Assembly: GCA_946531445.1 (NCBI GenBank)
Contig: CAMNAP010000002.1
Span: forward strand, 7,887 to 71,886
Length of the DNA stretch: 64,000 nt
Direction of reading: 5' to 3'
DNA from: an uncultured Clostridia bacterium
GTDB taxonomy: Bacteria; Bacillota; Clostridia; Oscillospirales; Acutalibacteraceae
Within the stretch, counting starts at the first letter, position 1; each line of letters begins with the position of its first letter. Positions 61,864-64,000 of the stretch are shown here, one piece after another. The notes below the pieces were generated by a model, which was not told the DNA's origin, made no database searches, and was given only the letters and a program-made list of their open reading frames with translations. A program made the position numbers and the translations under genes.

Positions 61864-63087
61864 ATGGGAGTTTATGAAGAACTCATTGAGCGTGGCTTAA
61901 TCGCTCAGGTGACAAACGAGGAAGAAATCAGAGAGATGGTTAACGCGGGCAAGGCAAAGTTTTACATAGGCTTTGACTGTACTGCAGACAGCCTTACTGC
62001 AGGTCACTTTATGGCGCTTACGCTTATGAAGAGACTTCAGGAGGCAGGCAACCAGCCTATCGCGCTTATCGGCGGCGGTACTACTATGATTGGTGACCCG
62101 TCGGGAAGAACCGATATGAGAAAAATGCTCACCCGCGAGGACATTGACCACAACGCTGAATGCTTCAGAAAGCAGATGGAACGCTTTATTGAATTCGGCG
62201 AGGGCAAGGCTCAGATGGTAAATAACGCTGACTGGCTTCTTGACCTTAATTATGTTGAAATGCTCAGAGAGGTAGGCACCTGCTTCTCGGTTAATAATAT
62301 GCTTCGTGCTGAATGCTACAAGCAGAGAATGGAGAAGGGACTTTCCTTCTTTGAATTCAACTATATGATAATGCAGTCATACGACTTCTATTATCTCTTC
62401 CAGAATTACGGCTGTAATATGCAGTTCGGCGGCGACGACCAGTGGAGCAATATGCTCGGCGGTACCGAGCTTATAAGAAAGAAACTCGGCAAGGACGCTC
62501 ACGCAATGACAATCACGCTTCTCACTGACTCACAGGGAAGAAAAATGGGCAAGACAGCAGGCAACGCCGTATGGCTTGATGCAAATAAAACAAGTCCTTA
62601 TGAGTTTTATCAGTATTGGCGCAATGTTGACGACGCCGATGTTCTTAAGTGCATAAGAATGCTTACCTTCCTTCCTATGGAGGAGATAAGAAAGATGGAT
62701 TCCTGGGAAGGCTCTCAGCTTAATACTGCTAAAGAGATTCTTGCGTTTGAGCTTACAAAGCTTGTACACGGCGAAGAGGAGGCTGAAAAAGCGCAGACGG
62801 CAGCAAAGGCGCTTTTCTCAGGCGGAACAGATGACAGCAATATGCCTACAACCGAGCTTGAGGAGGCTGACTTTGACGAGGAGGGTAAGGCAACCGTGCT
62901 CTCGCTTATGACAAAGGCAGGAATGATTAAGTCTAACGGCGAAGGCAGACGTCTTATTCAGCAGGGCGGCGTATCAGTTAACGACGAAAAAATCAGCGAC
63001 GTATGGCACACGCTCACAAAGGATGAATTAAAAGAGGGCGTTATTATCAAAAAGGGTAAAAAGGCATTCAGAAAATTTGTGCTTTAA
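61864..63087 (+). CDS. tyrS: Tyrosine--tRNA ligase
   Basis: YIGFDCTADSLTAGH, MQSYDF, QFGGDDQW, KMGKT, S4 domain. Confidence 0.97.
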   Translation: MGVYEELIERGLIAQVTNEEEIREMVNAGKAKFYIGFDCTADSLTAGHFMALTLMKRLQEAGNQPIALIGGGTTMIGDPSGRTDMRKMLTREDIDHNAECFRKQMERFIEFGEGKAQMVNNADWLLDLNYVEMLREVGTCFSVNNMLRAECYKQRMEKGLSFFEFNYMIMQSYDFYYLFQNYGCNMQFGGDDQWSNMLGGTELIRKKLGKDAHAMTITLLTDSQGRKMGKTAGNAVWLDANKTSPYEFYQYWRNVDDADVLKCIRMLTFLPMEEIRKMDSWEGSQLNTAKEILAFELTKLVHGEEEAEKAQTAAKALFSGGTDDSNMPTTELEEADFDEEGKATVLSLMTKAGMIKSNGEGRRLIQQGGVSVNDEKISDVWHTLTKDELKEGVIIKKGKKAFRKFVL

Positions 63088-63103
63088 TAAAGGAGAAAAG
63101 GTT

Positions 63104-63508
63104 ATGAAAATTGCGGTAAGGTATTACACAAAAACAGGACACACAAAGAAGCTTGCAGAGGCTATTGCTCAGGCGGTAGGAGTAGACGCTCAGACAATTG
63201 ACGTACCTCTTGCAGAGGATGTTGATATTCTCTTCCTCGGAAGCGCCGTTTACGCAACTCAGCTTGACACAAACGTTAAGAATTTTATCAGCGGTATTAA
63301 TGTTAATGTCGGTAAAATTGTTAACTTCAGCTCTGCGGCAATACTAAGCGGAACACACGCTCAGGTTAAGGCTGCAGCTCAGTCAAAGGGCATTGACGTT
63401 GACGACAGAGAGTTTTTCTGTAAAGGTCAGTTTAAGTTTATAGCTAAGGGCAGACCGAATGAGGAAGACTGTAAGGCTGCCGCTGAATTTGCAAAATCGT
63501 TTCTTTAA
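63104..63508 (+). CDS. Flavodoxin family protein
   Basis: YYTKTGHTKKLAEAIA, LFLGSAVY, GRPNEED; ATG 63104 follows AGGAG. Confidence 0.85.
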   Translation: MKIAVRYYTKTGHTKKLAEAIAQAVGVDAQTIDVPLAEDVDILFLGSAVYATQLDTNVKNFISGINVNVGKIVNFSSAAILSGTHAQVKAAAQSKGIDVDDREFFCKGQFKFIAKGRPNEEDCKAAAEFAKSFL

Positions 63509-63571
63509 TCCTGCTTTTTGAATATATTATTAACTGTTTAGCAAAATCCCACAGAAAAGCAGAGAACATAT

Positions 63572-64000
63572 ATGAAATTGTCAAAAAGACTTAAATCATT
63601 TATATCATTAATTATGTCAGCCTGTATTATGCTCAGCATTTTTACAGGGCTGACTTTTTCGGCTTATGCAAAAGAAAATGAGGGTAAGTGCGGCGAGGAG
63701 GTAAATTATTTCTTCGACGCTGAAACTGAAACGTTAACTATAAGCGGAAACGGAAATATGTATAATTACACAATGGAAACATCGCCGTTTTACGCTGACA
63801 AAGAAATAAAACATTTAGTAGTTGAAACGGGCGTTAAAAGCGTAGGCGCGTTTGCGTTTTGTGACTGTACAGCGCTTAGTGATATAAAACTTCCGTTCGG
63901 GCTGCGGAGTATCGGAAATTCAGCGTTTGACGGCTGTACTTCGCTTTTATCGGCAGTAATTCCCGACAGCGTAAGCACGCTTGGAAGCGGCGCTTTTATA
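63572..64000 (+). CDS. Secreted BspA-type LRR protein (3'-truncated; not in the ORF track)
   Basis: My translation: MKLSKRLKSFISLIMSACIMLSIFTGLTFSAYA-KENEGKCGEEVNYFFDAETETLTISGNGNMYNY...KSVGAFAFCDCTAL...SIGNSAFDGCTSL; open to the window end. Confidence 0.85.
   Translation, partial: MKLSKRLKSFISLIMSACIMLSIFTGLTFSAYAKENEGKCGEEVNYFFDAETETLTISGNGNMYNYTMETSPFYADKEIKHLVVETGVKSVGAFAFCDCTALSDIKLPFGLRSIGNSAFDGCTSLLSAVIPDSVSTLGSGAFI

Overview
A 64-kb chromosomal segment of a spore-forming, anaerobic gut-type Firmicute. Gene content and protein style point to Oscillospiraceae/Acutalibacteraceae (Eubacterium_R-like); this taxonomy is inferred, not searched. Most genes are on the + strand and most are housekeeping. 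In order: the end of a pyr operon (pyrD-F-E-B-I); aquaporin and a glycoside transporter; a FemABX transferase plus racemase pair split by a 50-bp REP-like element; two very large secreted enzymes built on BspA-type leucine-rich repeats (an S8 protease and a PI-specific phospholipase C); a lipoprotein and alpha/beta-hydrolase; GH2 beta-galactosidase, comEC, holA, rnmV; tmcAL/ackA; alaS-HIT-PRTase-thrH; a stand-alone, strongly codon-biased extended SDR fused to a Zn-ribbon; a four-gene MBOAT/SGNH/DHHW O-acylation cluster; a SAM-I riboswitch and metK; proC, spoIIID, prs, a GtrA-YfhO fusion; the sigmaE-driven spoIIIAA-AH operon; and nusB-tsaD-like-xseAB-ispA-dxs-tlyA-nadK-argR-recN-tyrS-flavodoxin, followed by a truncated LRR protein. 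I saw no CRISPR array, tRNA, rRNA, transposase or prophage. The best leads are the SDR-Zn-ribbon enzyme (candidate steroid/sterol oxidoreductase), the modular surface PI-PLC, and a boxA-like motif plus terminator in the nusB leader. All functional proposals are hypotheses from motifs and context.
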